DNA of 64,000 bases from Octopus sinensis (GCF_006345805.1 NC_043020.1:4836001-4900000), one strand, 5' to 3'; shown: positions 1 to 12,714, counted from the stretch's first letter. Numbers and translations: made by a program. Notes: a model not told the origin generated them from the sequence alone.

Positions 1-607
1 GCCACGTTACCTACTGCATGACATATCTATGGCCACGCTAGTTCAAACATTACACACAAATCTCTATATTAGCCCACTCATTACGCAAATACCACCACGT
101 TAGTTCGTCTTAATACACTGAAATCTTATTACATGTACCGGCGTACCAAAAATAAGCGGTCGATTTACAAATCATTTTCCTGTGAAAAATTTTCTTTTGA
201 TAAATGACTTGCAAGTCACGATATCTCTGTAATAGTAAAATTACCGTGTTTCTTACTAGTTTATTATTTACAATAAATTCGAATAAAGAAGATTGCTAAA
301 TAATCAAATTACACAGTTAATATTATATTGTGTTTGTAGTAGTTTACTCAAGACTTTTAAACTGTATGTCGTACGATTCTTTCTGCCAATTTAGTCAAAA
401 TTATTTCTAAAATCCGATTACCAAAGCAAAATGCACTTCATTTGATGGATAGAAATAAAATGCAATAAAATCAGTTTAATTATATAAATTCTGAAGTGTA
501 ACTGCAGACTTAGAATATTCACCACCATATTATTCATGTGTGTGTTTTGCATTTATTTGGTAAATGAACATCAATGATCTATTTAACGCCACCTCCAACA
601 ACTCCCG

Positions 608-654
<47 letters not shown>

Positions 655-656
<2 letters not shown>

Positions 657-950
657 CGTGATCACGTGTCCGACCAGACCATCAGATGTTGCTACACATC
701 GCTGGTCACAATGCGTTCGCATTGTTTTTTTAGCCTTCGAATGACGCCACCCCGCTGGCTAAGCGAGCAGGCCAACAGAAGAAAGAGTGGTGAAAGAGTA
801 CAGCTGGGATCACAACCCACTGCCGGAGCTTCCTGGAGTTTTGAGGTGTTTTCGCTCAATAAACACTCACAACGTCCGGTCTGGGAATCGAAACTGCGGT
901 TCTACGACCGTGAGTCCGCTGCACCAACCACTGGGCCATTGCGACTCCAC
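655..950 (-). mobile_element. tRNA-derived SINE (informal family C)
   Basis: Minus strand begins GTGGAGTCGCAATGGCCCAGTGG (A-box-like) ... GTTTCGATTCCC (B-box-like). The head is repeated at 51273-51394. Confidence 0.8.
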
Positions 951-955
951 ACACA

Positions 956-1010
<55 letters not shown>

Positions 1011-1040
1011 ACACACACATATATATATAAATATATATAT

Positions 1041-1457
1041 ATCCTAGAGGGCGTTGTCCCGAATTTTGGCATTGAAAGTTACCCCAACAGCAGAACGGGG
1101 CCCCAATGCATGGTGCGAAAGATTCCAACATCACCATCAAAATACAGGAACAGATACTGCGACACCTTGGGTTTCCAGGGCACCACAGCTCTTCAATATC
1201 CTTCCTAAATGCCTGAGAGACCTGCTTGGTGTCGATGTGGGTTGCTTTAAAACTAAACTGGATCTCTTCTTGTCGGGGTCCCAGATGAACCTACCTCTCC
1301 GCAGGAAACACAGATGCGGGTAGCGGCGTCGAAATCCCTTGTTGACCAAGTGCCACGTATAAGAGGTGGTTTCACATACTAGTGTATCACATTCAACGGT
1401 GGTGCCCCAGCATAGCCGCAGCTTTCGAGCTGAAACATTTTAAAGAATTAAAGGATT
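1041..1457 (+). mobile_element. CR1/L2-group LINE, 5'-truncated 3' fragment
   Basis: Frameshifted peptide ILEGVVPNFGI...RYCDTLGF...QLFNILPKCLRDL...FKTKLDLFL. Homologous to 16025-17222 and 35240-36085. Ends GGTGCCCCAGCATAGCCGCAG...CTGAAACA plus a TTTAAAGA/TTAAAGGA tail. Confidence 0.85.
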
Positions 1458-1739
1458 TATATATATATATATAACATGGTTCTTCACCACTCTCTGAACT
1501 GCTCTGCGTTGCCCATGCATCATCCACGCGTAACATAGACAGCACGCGACAAACATACATTAGTTGCATGAAGGCGCACATTGGGATGATCGTCCGGTGG
1601 GGTTATGGCCATTTTGTTTCTTTTAAAGCGAAAAAACTGATGGACTTGCTTAGCACAAAACAGACTTACTTAGAATTAATGATGTCATGAGGCCGAAGAT
1701 TCATAAAACCGGAGCTTTAACCCGGGTTTCATCCGAGCC

Positions 1740-1773
1740 TTAATCCGTACCTCCATATGGAGGTACGGATTAA
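1740..1773. repeat. Perfect 34-bp palindrome
   Basis: TTAATCCGTACCTCCATATGGAGGTACGGATTAA is its own reverse complement. Confidence 0.95.
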
Positions 1774-2189
1774 AAATCCAGTAAGGGGAAGGAAAATAAT
1801 TAACAGATCCATAAACTGAATTAAGGTTGTAAAGAATATGACCTCAACTTCAGACGAGGTGTTTCAAAATATTTGATATATGGAAATATTATTATTTATA
1901 AATTAAATACGAGTTAAGATAGAGATGAAAGATGAAAAACGAAAATCAAACAAACAAACAAACCAAAAAAAAAATGGAAGATGAGAAACAGTTTGAATCT
2001 TCTATGACTACGGCTACGCTTCGAAATTTCTATTACTAAATTAATTTATTACATTTTATGTTTGTGCTTCAATGATCTGCAAATTTACTTTCATAACCAA
2101 ATGTTAGAAATAATTCTAAATTAAAAGACTTGAAAGACCAGTTCTAGCTTCCTGGGACACTGGTTTTATTTAGTATTAATAATTTTAAG

Positions 2190-2350
2190 GGGAGGGGGCT
2201 ACTCGAGTAGATGAGTTACACTATTTGACGGGTACTTTATTTTATCGACCCGGGAGGAATGAAGAACAAGTTGACCTCGGTTGGTGGTGAACTCAAAATG
2301 TAAACACTCGAAGGGCCACAAGGAATTTTGGCCGACGGTCTAAAGATTTT
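2190..2350 (-). mobile_element. Degraded SINE (family B)
   Basis: GGTACTTTATTTTATCGACCC...GTTGACCTCGG...GAACTCA is the reverse complement of the family B core seen at 7262 and 22515. Confidence 0.6.
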
Positions 2351-3457
2351 TCACTCCACAAAGTCCAACCTTTATTTCGTTGTTATGACTTGTGTCCCCG
2401 AGCGCTGTCTCATCGGCGAGCAAGCTTCTGGTAAGTCCTCCCATGCTGAACGGGTCAGACATATCAGGACCTCCTATTTCTAGAGGCGAGAATGGATTTC
2501 GTGGGGGCCAACAGATCTACCGAGCAACATGTAAAGTTACAGAAGCTTCGGTGACAATTCAAAACCAAAAAGACCCGGAGAGGGAGTCGTCACCTTCCCT
2601 CAGGGAGGCGGGGTACAAGCACAGATCTGAAAAAGCAGGGACCCAAATTGAGAGAAGAAAATAACCCAAAGTCGAGAACAGGGAAGAAAATTCGTTGAAT
2701 GTCTAATGCTCAATGGAGAATGAAGTGCCAAAGTAAGTCAAAAGATTTTGTCATTTTACCGCGCTTAATTAATATCAATAATCACACATCTGATAGCATT
2801 GTTAATGCAGTAAAACCAACATGTCTTACTGCATTAACATACCTTAATCGTAAGGTTGGTGGTAGATTCTAAAAGTACAACTACAATGGTATTTTAAATA
2901 TCTGGGACAGAGTTAGATTTTGTTAAAGAGTGGCAATTTCTAAATGTGTTTCGTTCTTCAACCTGATCAAGAGAACTATTTTTTTCACGTCAATATCTTC
3001 TCATTTCCCGAATTTTGAGCGGTACCGATACATCATTTTTGCAAGAGTCTAGTATACTCAAAGAGATAATGCTTCAGTAAATTCTTCATTGCTTCTAGTA
3101 ACCATATTGGTTCCAATTTAGTTATTGATGACGTTGTTATTCATGTGTTGTTATGTTTTTTTAACTTTTGCCCTGACATGGTATGCAAGGGGTTATCTGG
3201 TTTTTATTTTTGTTTCGTATGTATGTCTAAAGAAGGTCACTCACAGACACACAAAAGGACCCAAGGTAGATAAGGTCCTTCGGCCATCAATGATGAGGTA
3301 AAATCACACACATCGTGCATCCTGATAACTACTGGGATCAGAGCACTTCTTGCACCAAACCAACACAAGTTTCAAGGGCTAGAGAGAGAGAGAGAGAAAG
3401 ACAGAGCCTGTACAAACTAGTCTTACTGCATTTTTTTATTTATTTATTTATTTATTT

Positions 3458-3840
3458 ACTAGCAGTATCGCCCGGCGTTGCTCAGGTTTGTAAGGGAAAT
3501 AATTATAAAGCATTTTTAGAGAGTTATAGCAAAAAAATAGCAAAAAAATGGAAAAAAAATGATGGTAAATTTTTTTGAGAGTTAAAAAAGGTGGAGTTGC
3601 GCCCCCTAGACGGTCTGTGGTTTGGGCTTCTGATTCTCGACCCCATGACGAATTTATCGATTTTTTTCAGAACTGGGGGAACTTTTCAAAATTTTCGCTG
3701 CGTTAGTTTTGAATTATGACATTGGGCTATGTGTGTGTCAAGTTTCATCAGAATCGGTTGAAAGCCGTGGTCAGAGTGAGGGTACGAGAAAACAGACACA
3801 CAGAAAACGCACAGACAAACTGCCGTTTATATAGAGAGAG

Positions 3841-3841
<1 letters not shown>
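3458..3841 (+). mobile_element. Non-autonomous Helitron/Helentron-type element (HINE-like)
   Basis: Starts ACTAGCAGTATCGCCCGGCGTTGCTCAGG after T-rich DNA. Contains the GTCAAGTTTCATCAGAATCGG motif, ends ACAGACAAACTGCCGTTTATATAGA and runs into (ATT)n. This is the architecture of rolling-circle non-autonomous elements. Confidence 0.6.
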
Positions 3842-3912
<71 letters not shown>

Positions 3913-4159
3913 TATTATATATTTGACTTTTGCTTTACATTTATACAAGTTGCCTCCAAGTCTCACCCAGAGACCTCAAGAAACAACAGGTTGGAAGTTC
4001 ACGTTGTTTTTATGCTTAGTGTGCCATATATTTGGTTTTGTCCATAGTGTTGTACTAGTGAATGTAAAAAAAAAATCATACGAAAATCATGTTTGTTTTA
4101 AAACATAGAAAGTATTTTGCGTAGGATATGAGCAGTTCCCATGAGCACCATCTTTTGAA

Positions 4160-4206
<47 letters not shown>

Positions 4207-4499
4207 GCAAATATACCCACATACACTCTATTGATTCGTCACTCGTTTATTACTGTTCTTATTTTAAGTGAAATCTTTCGTCATATATTTATGATCTCTT
4301 CGGCGACATTTTCCTTCCTCGTGTATCCTCCAACTCCGCTTAGTCCATACAGGTGTGTGACGCAAGATTTCCTGACAGTGGACATCAGTTAAAATAAGAA
4401 AAGTAAAAAAAACGAGTGAAGAACGAATATATAGCACGAATGTTTATTTGGCAAAAAAAAAAAAGAGAAAAAAAGTTACCATCCCGAAATATAACTCTC

Positions 4500-4591
4500 A
4501 CTCTGTCTCTCTCTCTCTCTCTCTCCCTCCCTCTCTCTCTCTCCATATATATATATATATATATATATATAATGTATGTATGTACGTATGT

Positions 4592-4669
<78 letters not shown>

Positions 4670-4787
4670 GTATGTACGTATGTATATTATATATATAATA
4701 TATATATATATATAATATATATGTATATATATATGTAATATATATAGATATATATATATATATATAATGTATATATATAATATATTA

Positions 4788-4820
<33 letters not shown>

Positions 4821-4821
4821 C

Positions 4822-4860
<39 letters not shown>

Positions 4861-4938
4861 TATAGATATATGTTATATATATATATATATATATTATATA
4901 ATATATATATATATTATATACACGTATACATATATATA

Positions 4939-4975
<37 letters not shown>
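4500..4975. repeat. (CT)n/(TA)n microsatellite block
   Basis: Direct reading; source of the IYIYI ORFs. Confidence 0.95.
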
Positions 4976-4977
<2 letters not shown>

Positions 4978-5864
4978 CATACACATGTGGTGGTTTTACA
5001 TGTATATGTAGTGGGTGAGACAGAAAACGAAAGAGAGTTTGCTGATTAGAAGATAATAATTTCTAAGCATATCCTTCTTTTCACTTCTATGGAAAATTTT
5101 CTGTTTCAAAGAGGGAAAAAAGTGAGAAGAGCCTCCATCTTATTGCAGATAATTCTAATTCTTTTATTCTTATTCTTAGTTTTTTTTTTTTTTTATAATG
5201 GTATACGTGTATGTGAGTGTGCGCGCGTTTATTTCTGTCTGATATTGTAATGCGCAGCTTGCTTGATTTAAGATTGTGGGATGTGATTTGAAAGAGATTT
5301 GAATACGATTCTCCGTAAGATTAAAAAAAGCCGTATAGGATAGGCTTCCTTCTTTGATTCGTTCACATTTCATTTTAGAACTTTTAGTATTAAAATGACA
5401 TTTAATTTATTCCTAAGATATATTTACAAATGAAAGTCTGATGTTTTTGCCCGGAGCTAAATATAGTTGGAAAAAGAGATAATTCATTTGATTATAAAGT
5501 AAATAACATGGCGCAGAGTTATAAACATGTTCGTTCACTTAGCTGACTATAAACACCCTTAGGCTATTCGTTTCATTTGGGATCAGGGTGGTGGTGGCAG
5601 CAGACTATTATGGACATCGGTTTCTGGTTTCGTCCTTAATCTGCAAAACACCATCGTTTCCCAATTGGAAAATAAATATTTTAATATATAATGTGTGTTG
5701 TGACATAACGTAAATTATGTTATTTTAAAGAAAATATTAACGTCTTCTTTCTTTTTGAGGACAATTTCTGGTTTTTCAGTCTGATATATTGATTTAAAAA
5801 TCTTTTGCAAAACTGTCTGGTCCGTTGAACCTCATCGAATATACTTACATGTATACATCCATCC

Positions 5865-6586
5865 AAATATACATAAATATATATGTATATATATACATAT
5901 ATATATGTATATATACATAGATGCATACACACAAATATATATTTATATACAAACATATATAGTTATATGTATATATACGTGTATATATATGTATATATAT
6001 ATACATATATATGTATATATATATATATACACATATCTATATGTGTATGTGTGTATATATATACATACATATATATATAACATAACTATATATATATACA
6101 TAGATACACATATATATATATATATATATATACATAGATACATATATATATATATAATACATACATGTATACATCTATATATATACAAGCACACAAGCAC
6201 ACACATGTACACACACACATGCACACACACACGCACACACACACACCACCACATATATAATACATGCATTGAAGAAGTCATACAAAGGTATGTATTATAT
6301 TCATATATTTATTTTCATATACAAATACATACCTGTATTTATAAGTATACATTAGCGTACACACTTATATTATTATATACAGGCACACGTACGCATGTAT
6401 GTATGCATGCATGTATGTATGTACGTACGTATGTATGTATGTATGTATGTATGTATGTATGTATGTATGTATGTATGTATGCATGTATGTATGTATGTGT
6501 ATGTATGCATGTATGTACGTGCGTATGTATGTGTGTATGTATGTATGTATCTATCTATCCGTCTAAGTTTCCATCGTTCTCCCCCC

Positions 6587-6617
<31 letters not shown>

Positions 6618-6680
6618 TATATATATATATATACATACACATAAATTTAATTAAATTGCATGTATTTGTACTTATATACA
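5865..6680. repeat. Compound TA/CA/TATG microsatellite block
   Basis: Direct reading. Confidence 0.9.
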
Positions 6681-7225
6681 TATATGTCCGTATTCAACGA
6701 AATTAGAAAAGCGCTAAGTTGTTATATCAATATGGCGTACGAAGAATTTGCGATTCAATTTTTAAACAAACTCTACATTCGACCAGAGGCTGTTTTAATA
6801 GCCAGGTGATCGATAATATGAAAATAAAAACAAAAAACATAAAAACAAAACAAAACAAAACAAAATAAAAAGCCTCAAACAAATAAGCAAAATCAGATAC
6901 GATATGTTTATCGATGTTATTTTCGTGGTAAGCGTTGTCATCTGTCGAAGTTTGATAAAATTGCGCGTTTATTGATTTGAGCGACAAACAGACAACGATA
7001 AACCGGATTCTCTCTTTAATCTCAAAAACCGGTTTTTTGGCTCTTTTATATTTTATTTCCCTAATTTGTACAACGACGTAAACGCACATGCGGTATGTAC
7101 ACGGTGTCGCATTACGATAGGTGATGTTTTATTATATTTACTATAATTTACCAGATCATGGGTCCGTTGCCTCTATTTAAACGTGCTTGTTTCAGTCCTG
7201 GTTGCTTCCCTTTAAAATGTGTAAC

Positions 7226-7880
7226 GTGAAGGCGCATGAAGTGGTGGTAACGTCGTGAGATAAGGCGGCGAGCTGGCAGAAATTTTAGCACGCCGGGCGA
7301 AATGCTTAGCGGTATTTTGTCTGCCACTACGTTCTGAGTTCAAATTTCGCCGAGGTCGACTTTGCCTTTCATCATTTTGGGGTCGATATAATCGACTTAA
7401 TCCGTTTGTCTGTACTTATTTGTCCCCTCTGTGTTTAGCCCCTTGTGGGTTGTAATGAAATAGGTATTTCGTCTGTCTTTACGTTCTGAGTTCAAATTGC
7501 GCCGAGGTCAACTTTACCTTTCATCCTTTCGGGGTCGATTAAATAAGTATCAGTTACGCAATGAGGTCGATGTAATCGACTTAATCCGTGTGTCTGTCTT
7601 AGTTTGTCATCTCTGTGTTTAACCCCTTGTGGGTAGTAAAGAAATAGGTATTGTCGTGAGATCGGTCCCTAGCGGCGCGTTGTGTCCTTGGGCAAGATAC
7701 TTTATTTCACCTTGATTCAGTCCACTCAGCTGTCAAAAGTAAGTTGTACATGTAATTTACATTGAGAGTCACGATGAATCTCTGTGAGAACCATGTTAAG
7801 GACACACGCGTCTGTGCAGTACTCAGCCACTTGCAAGTTAAGTTTGAACTGGAACCCTCATCGTCGTCATCGACCAAATG
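7226..7880 (+). mobile_element. SINE (family D) interrupted by a nested SINE-B dimer
   Basis: The head GTGAAGGCGCATG... resumes after the insert as ...GCGCGTTGTGTCCTTGGGCAAGATACTTTATTTCAC...CAGTCCACTCAGCTG. Its tail GAACTGGAACCCTCATCGTCGT matches 60270-60320. Confidence 0.7.
7262..7652 (+). mobile_element. SINE family B, tandem dimer with 10-bp target-site duplication
   Basis: AAGGCGGCGAGCTGGCAGAA head and the GTCGACTTTGCCTTTCATC core twice. Flanked by GTCGTGAGAT at 7252-7261 and 7653-7662. Confidence 0.9.
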
Positions 7881-7884
7881 CTTG

Positions 7885-8156
7885 TTACCTGGACACTGCT
7901 GTTTCGATTCCTAGCTCTTATAGTGCCGGTAGCCCGGTTTCCATGGCATATCTGTGAGCGAGACCTTAGCATTCTTCTACAACGGAACGAGACGCCAATC
8001 TGCAGCCGGGTTGCTCATTTACAGCTGAGTGGACTGGGCCGAGAGAAATGAAGTGTTTTTGCTCAAGAGCACAACACACTACCGGTATCGGGAATCGAAA
8101 TCACGACCATACGATCGCGATTGCAACACCCTAACCACCTGACCACACGTCTTCAC
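7885..8156 (-). mobile_element. tRNA-derived SINE (family E, shares central domain with D)
   Basis: Minus-strand head GTGAAGACGTGTGGTCAGGTGGTTAGGGTG...GATTTCGATTCCCGA. Central CAGCTGAGTGGACTGG...AAGTG...GCTCAAGA domain, antiparallel to 7680-7735. Confidence 0.75.
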
Positions 8157-8220
8157 TTAATCATTGAGAGAGAGTCTGTGTATATCGAAAAACAGATTCT
8201 ATCTTTAATCTTACCAAACG

Positions 8221-8720
8221 ATTCTTCATCTTATATATCTCGTTCATCTAAGTTTTACAACGGGACGGACACACATATTCTACAAACAGAGCATGGCTGA
8301 CGCAGACTAACAAGAAACAAGGATAAGAAAATACAAACGATTAAAGATACGTTGATATTGCTTGATTGTCCTTCATTGGGATTCTATTTCTGGCAATAGG
8401 AATACTTGTTTAGGGTTCACAGTTTATGGAAGGGTTTTGTTGCATACGTTTTCAAGAGGAAACCAAGGTCACCATTCTTCATCTTATATATCTCATTCAT
8501 CTAAGTTTTACAACGGGACGGACACACATATTCTACAAACGGAGCATGGGCCGCAGTTTAACAAGAAACAAGGAAAAATAGAAGACAAACGATTAAAGAT
8601 ACGTTGATATTGCTTGATTGTCCTTCATTGGGTTTCTATTTCTGGCAATAGGAATACTTGTTTAGGGTTCACAGTTTATGGAAGGGTTTTTTGTGTATAC
8701 ATTTTCAAGAGGAAACCAAG
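8221..8720. repeat. Direct tandem duplication, ~253-bp period
   Basis: ATTCTTCATCTTATATATCTC...CAAGAGGAAACCAAG at 8221-8467 and 8474-8720. Confidence 0.95.
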
Positions 8721-8747
8721 ATCAATAAGATTCATCTTTGTCTTTTA

Positions 8748-9212
8748 ATCTTTTACTTGTTTCAGTCATGTGACTGTGGCCATGCTGGAGCACCGCCTTT
8801 AGTCGAGCAAATCGACCCCGGGACTTATTTTTTTTGTAAGCCTAGTACTTACTGCATCGGTCTCTTTTGCCGAACTGCTAAGTTACAGGGACGTAAACAC
8901 ACCAGCATCAGTTGTCAAGCTATGTTGGAGGGACAAATACAGACACACGAACATGCACACACACATACACACACGCACACACATATATATATACATTTCT
9001 CTCTTTCTCTTTTCTCTTTTACTTGTTTCAGTCATGTGACTGTGGCCATGCTGGAGCACCGCCTTTAGTCGAGCAAATCGACCCCAGGACTTATTTTTTT
9101 GTAAGCCTAGTACTTATTCCATCGGTCTCTATTGCCGAACTGCTAAGTTACAGGGACGTAAACACACCAGCATCAGTTGTCAAGCTATGTTGGGGGGACA
9201 AACACAGACACA

Positions 9213-9264
<52 letters not shown>

Positions 9265-9446
9265 CATATATATATGTATGTATACGACAGGCTTCTTTCA
9301 GTTTCCGCCTACCAAATCCACTCACAAGGCTTTGATGGGCTCGAGGCTATAGTAGAAGACACTTGCCCAAAGTGTCACGCAGTGGGACTGAACCCGGAAC
9401 CATGTGGTTGGTAAGCAAGCTACTTACCACACAGCCACTCCTACGC
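8748..9446 (-). mobile_element. SINE family A: duplicated 3' half plus one full copy
   Basis: Tail TTTTACTTGTTTCAGTCATGTGACTGTGGCCATGCTGGAGCACC at 8751 and 9017. tRNA-like head (minus GGAGTGGCTGTGTGGTAAG...GGGTTCAGTCCC) ends at 9446. Confidence 0.9.
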
Positions 9447-9929
9447 ACTCACGATCACATGGTCGTGATTTCGATTCCCGATACCGTGCTGTGTTGTGCT
9501 CTTGAGCGAAACATATTTTATAGATATTTCGCTTGATAAACAGATGAGCCGGACAGATAGTATTTGAACTTAGATTTCAGACGAATTGGAAGTAAATACC
9601 ATAACATTTTTTTTTTCAACATTTTATCGATTCCACTACTGAAGTGAAAATAAATATTGATTTTTAACTTTGGCAAAAGGCCACAATTTTTCTTTTTTCC
9701 TTTTTGTTTTTGTGCGGAAAGGTGTATTATCGATTAAATGAAAAAAACTAGAAGAATGATGTTACTTATCTGATCAACTTTGGAAGAATGGCAGGTTTCG
9801 GTGAAAAAGAAAAAAATACAGAAAAAGAATCTCGTACACCAACTTGAACTCAGATTGTAAGTGTGAGAAATATTTCATCTCGTGTTGTAATGGATTTAAT
9901 GAAGTTGCCATTTCGCCAGAATGAAGAAG

Positions 9930-10192
9930 AGATCGATTTTATCAATACCAGTGATCATCCCGGGTCTTATAATTCTATTAACCCAGCGAAAATGAAAAGC
10001 AAAGTCGAGTTTGGCGGAATTAGAAGTCAAAGGGTAAGGAACCGGTAGAAATACATTTTACAGCGATCCAATGATACTGACAACACGCTAGAAAAGAAGG
10101 CACTTGCTGAAGGTGTCACGCAGTGGGACTGAACCTAGAACCATGTGGTTGGGAGGCGAAACTTCTTACAACACAGCCACACCTGCGCCTAT
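9930..10192 (-). mobile_element. Degraded SINE-B core followed by a SINE-A head
   Basis: GAAAATGAAAAGCAAAGTCGAGTTTGGCGGAATT (B core, minus) and GTGTCACGCAGTGGGACTGAACC (A head, minus). Confidence 0.65.
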
Positions 10193-11399
10193 GTTTGATT
10201 TCGGAAAAAAAAAAAAAAGGTAAAGGGTAATATGGTCTGTTTGATTAGATCTGACCTGGTGGTAAACACCTTCACCGCCACCACCACCGCAATAACAACA
10301 CTAATAACAACAATGACAAATAAATCTATCACATGTTCCGAAATGCTTAGCTTCACAAGAATATACAGGATTTATTTGTTGCCTTTAAAAGAGAAACCAT
10401 ACAGAAAGGAAAAACGAAAAAGAAAGGCAGCTTTAAGAAACAACACCAAAGTACCGCCACATCAATCCCACTTGTGTTCTAATCATCAGAATCACTAATA
10501 AAATTATCGTTTTTTCTAACGCTAGGTGGGCATTAATCTAAAATGCTTTGATATTCTTTGTATATCCATCAGAGAATTATATCTAAAGGAATTATGAAGA
10601 ATCAGTGCACCATTATGATGACAATAGCAAAATAACAATTTCGTGTTATGTGTACGATTTTTAGCAGAGATGAAATGAAAGTTGTTCTATAAAGGCTTAG
10701 ATTTTCCCCTTGGAAAAAGGTCGGTCAATTTGGACATCTTGACACAAAGATTCGTTCTTCAATATGCAGACCCTGTTTAAACAAGCTTAAATTCCTTTAC
10801 TAGCAAACCTAAAGGTGCAGATTGCCTTCATGTAAATCTGTATAAAAGAATGGTTGAAAAGAAGGTGAATGCAATTCATGTTTGCAGAAAAAATTGCTGC
10901 TACCGTCTTTTATCTAAAGCTTAGGCAGAGATCGAAGAGAAACGGTTATAAACTTTCGGCAGAAATTACAAGATTGATAAGGAATAAAAGATTCGATGTG
11001 AATACAAGAGTTAGCGGTTCCGGTGTGCTAAAGATCAGTCATTGAGATCAGGCTGTGATATGAAAATAGGTACGATCCAGCAAACGGTTTTTCAATACTG
11101 GGGTCGAATCATTTGAGAAAAGAATTCAAGGTGGTGCCCCAGCATGGCCGTAGTCAAGTCAGTGAAACAAGTAAAAGATTAAATCATGTTTGTCTGTTTG
11201 TCTGTGTGTCTGTATACATAGACATAAAATAAGTATAAGAAGTGCCTACATATGTTTCAATCTGGTCACTATGTAAACAGTGCTTCGGAAGGTTCGAACC
11301 AGATTAAGAGTTTTAGATGTAAAAAATTCCAAAGGTGACCAGATTTCTTCAGGGCAGTCTCGTGCAAAACGCTAATGCTAACATATTTTTTCACAGGAA

Positions 11400-12122
11400 T
11401 TCGTGTTGGTGGCATAAAACTTCCTTGATAAGATGGATGTGGTCTACATATTCATAATCTATATTAGTTTGTTAGAAAAGTAAGAGGGGGCGCCGAGGGA
11501 GTAATAGTGGGAGGTATTAACTAATCAAAACTTTCTAAAAAAATCTATTAGGGATTTGAGAAAAGACGGTTATGTGCTTTGAGGGACAATATATATTTGA
11601 TTTAAGAGAAAATATAGACGTTTAAGGGTTATGAGAGACATTATGTAATTTGGGTAAGATATTGTGAAGACGATAAGTAAAAAGACTGGATTGCAGAGAA
11701 AAGACAGGGAAATAGGGAGAGATAAGGAAAAAATATTAAAAAAGTAAGAATATAGAGAGAAATAAATTTGCTGGAGGAAAGAATAACGAAATAAGATTAT
11801 AGTTAATTGAAAGGAGCTGTAAATAACAAATGTGCAGCTTTTAATATTTTTGAAGTTATTGCTAAAAAAGAAGAGGCCATATTGTACACTTGGGTAATTC
11901 TAGAGCAGGAATTAAATTAAAGCTTCATTCGTAAAGGGGTGTATATTTTTTTTACTTAAGATCAATTAATAGTGGAGGGTATAGATGTAAAATAAAATTT
12001 AAAGATACAGATTTGTTGTTCGGTTCTGAAGGAAATTTTCATTAAGCATTTTAAAGAAAGATTAATGCTTTTAGTGTTATGCGGCATTTCGGTACATTAA
12101 CAGATATATTCATTTGTACAGA
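11400..12122 (-). mobile_element. Possible highly degraded Penelope-like element remnant
   Basis: Minus-strand fragments (NEYIC*CTE..., INWS-like, K.CNSC-like) loosely resemble the PLE GIY-YIG C-terminus, with many stops. Confidence 0.25.
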
Positions 12123-12152
12123 AAAATTAAGTGGTTCAAAAAAATTATATTA

Positions 12153-12714
12153 TATTGGGTTGACCGGAAAGTCCTTGCCGATTTATAGTAGCTTACTTAA
12201 TTTAGAACATGGTTGACTCCATAAAATAGGATTTGACTACACCTGCATTTAGTGCACAGTTTAAACTATCTTTTCGTGGAAGAAGATTTATGTTCCTATA
12301 ATCTGTGTTAATTCTGTAACCCTTTAAAATGGAAGATAAGAAAGTTCATTTTCGGCACTTGATGCTTTGGAAACCAGGCAAAAATTGTTCCAAGTCAGCT
12401 GGGATGTGTTAACCCACACTCCATATTCACCAGATAATGCTCCTTTGGATTTCCACTTATTCAGGTATCTGCAGAATAATCTTAATGGTAAAAATTTCAA
12501 TTCCTTAGATGACGTAAAAAGAGACCTTGATGAATTCTTTGCCATGAAACCACCTCAATTCAGGGAAAAGGGTATTTTCAAGTTAAAGGAAAGATGGAGA
12601 CGCATTGTGCAATAAAATGGTTCATATTTGGTTGATTAAAAATGTAATGGCAAGTATTTATTGACCTTTTTCTTTCCTTTGAAAATCAGCACGAACTTTC
12701 CGGACAACCCAACA
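12153..12714 (+). mobile_element. Internally deleted mariner transposon with both TIRs
   Basis: TIRs TATTGGGTTGACCGGAAAGTCCTTGCCGATTT and AAATCAGCACGAACTTTCCGGACAACCCAACA. N-terminal MEDKKVHFRHLMLW is fused to C-terminal WDVLTHTPYSPDNAPLDFHLF...KLKERWRRIV (mariner PYSPDLAPSDFHLF motif). Confidence 0.9.

Noticed and set aside
4291-4390. Short complex island with ~33-codon frames on both strands
   Set aside because: No splice signals or recognisable homology.
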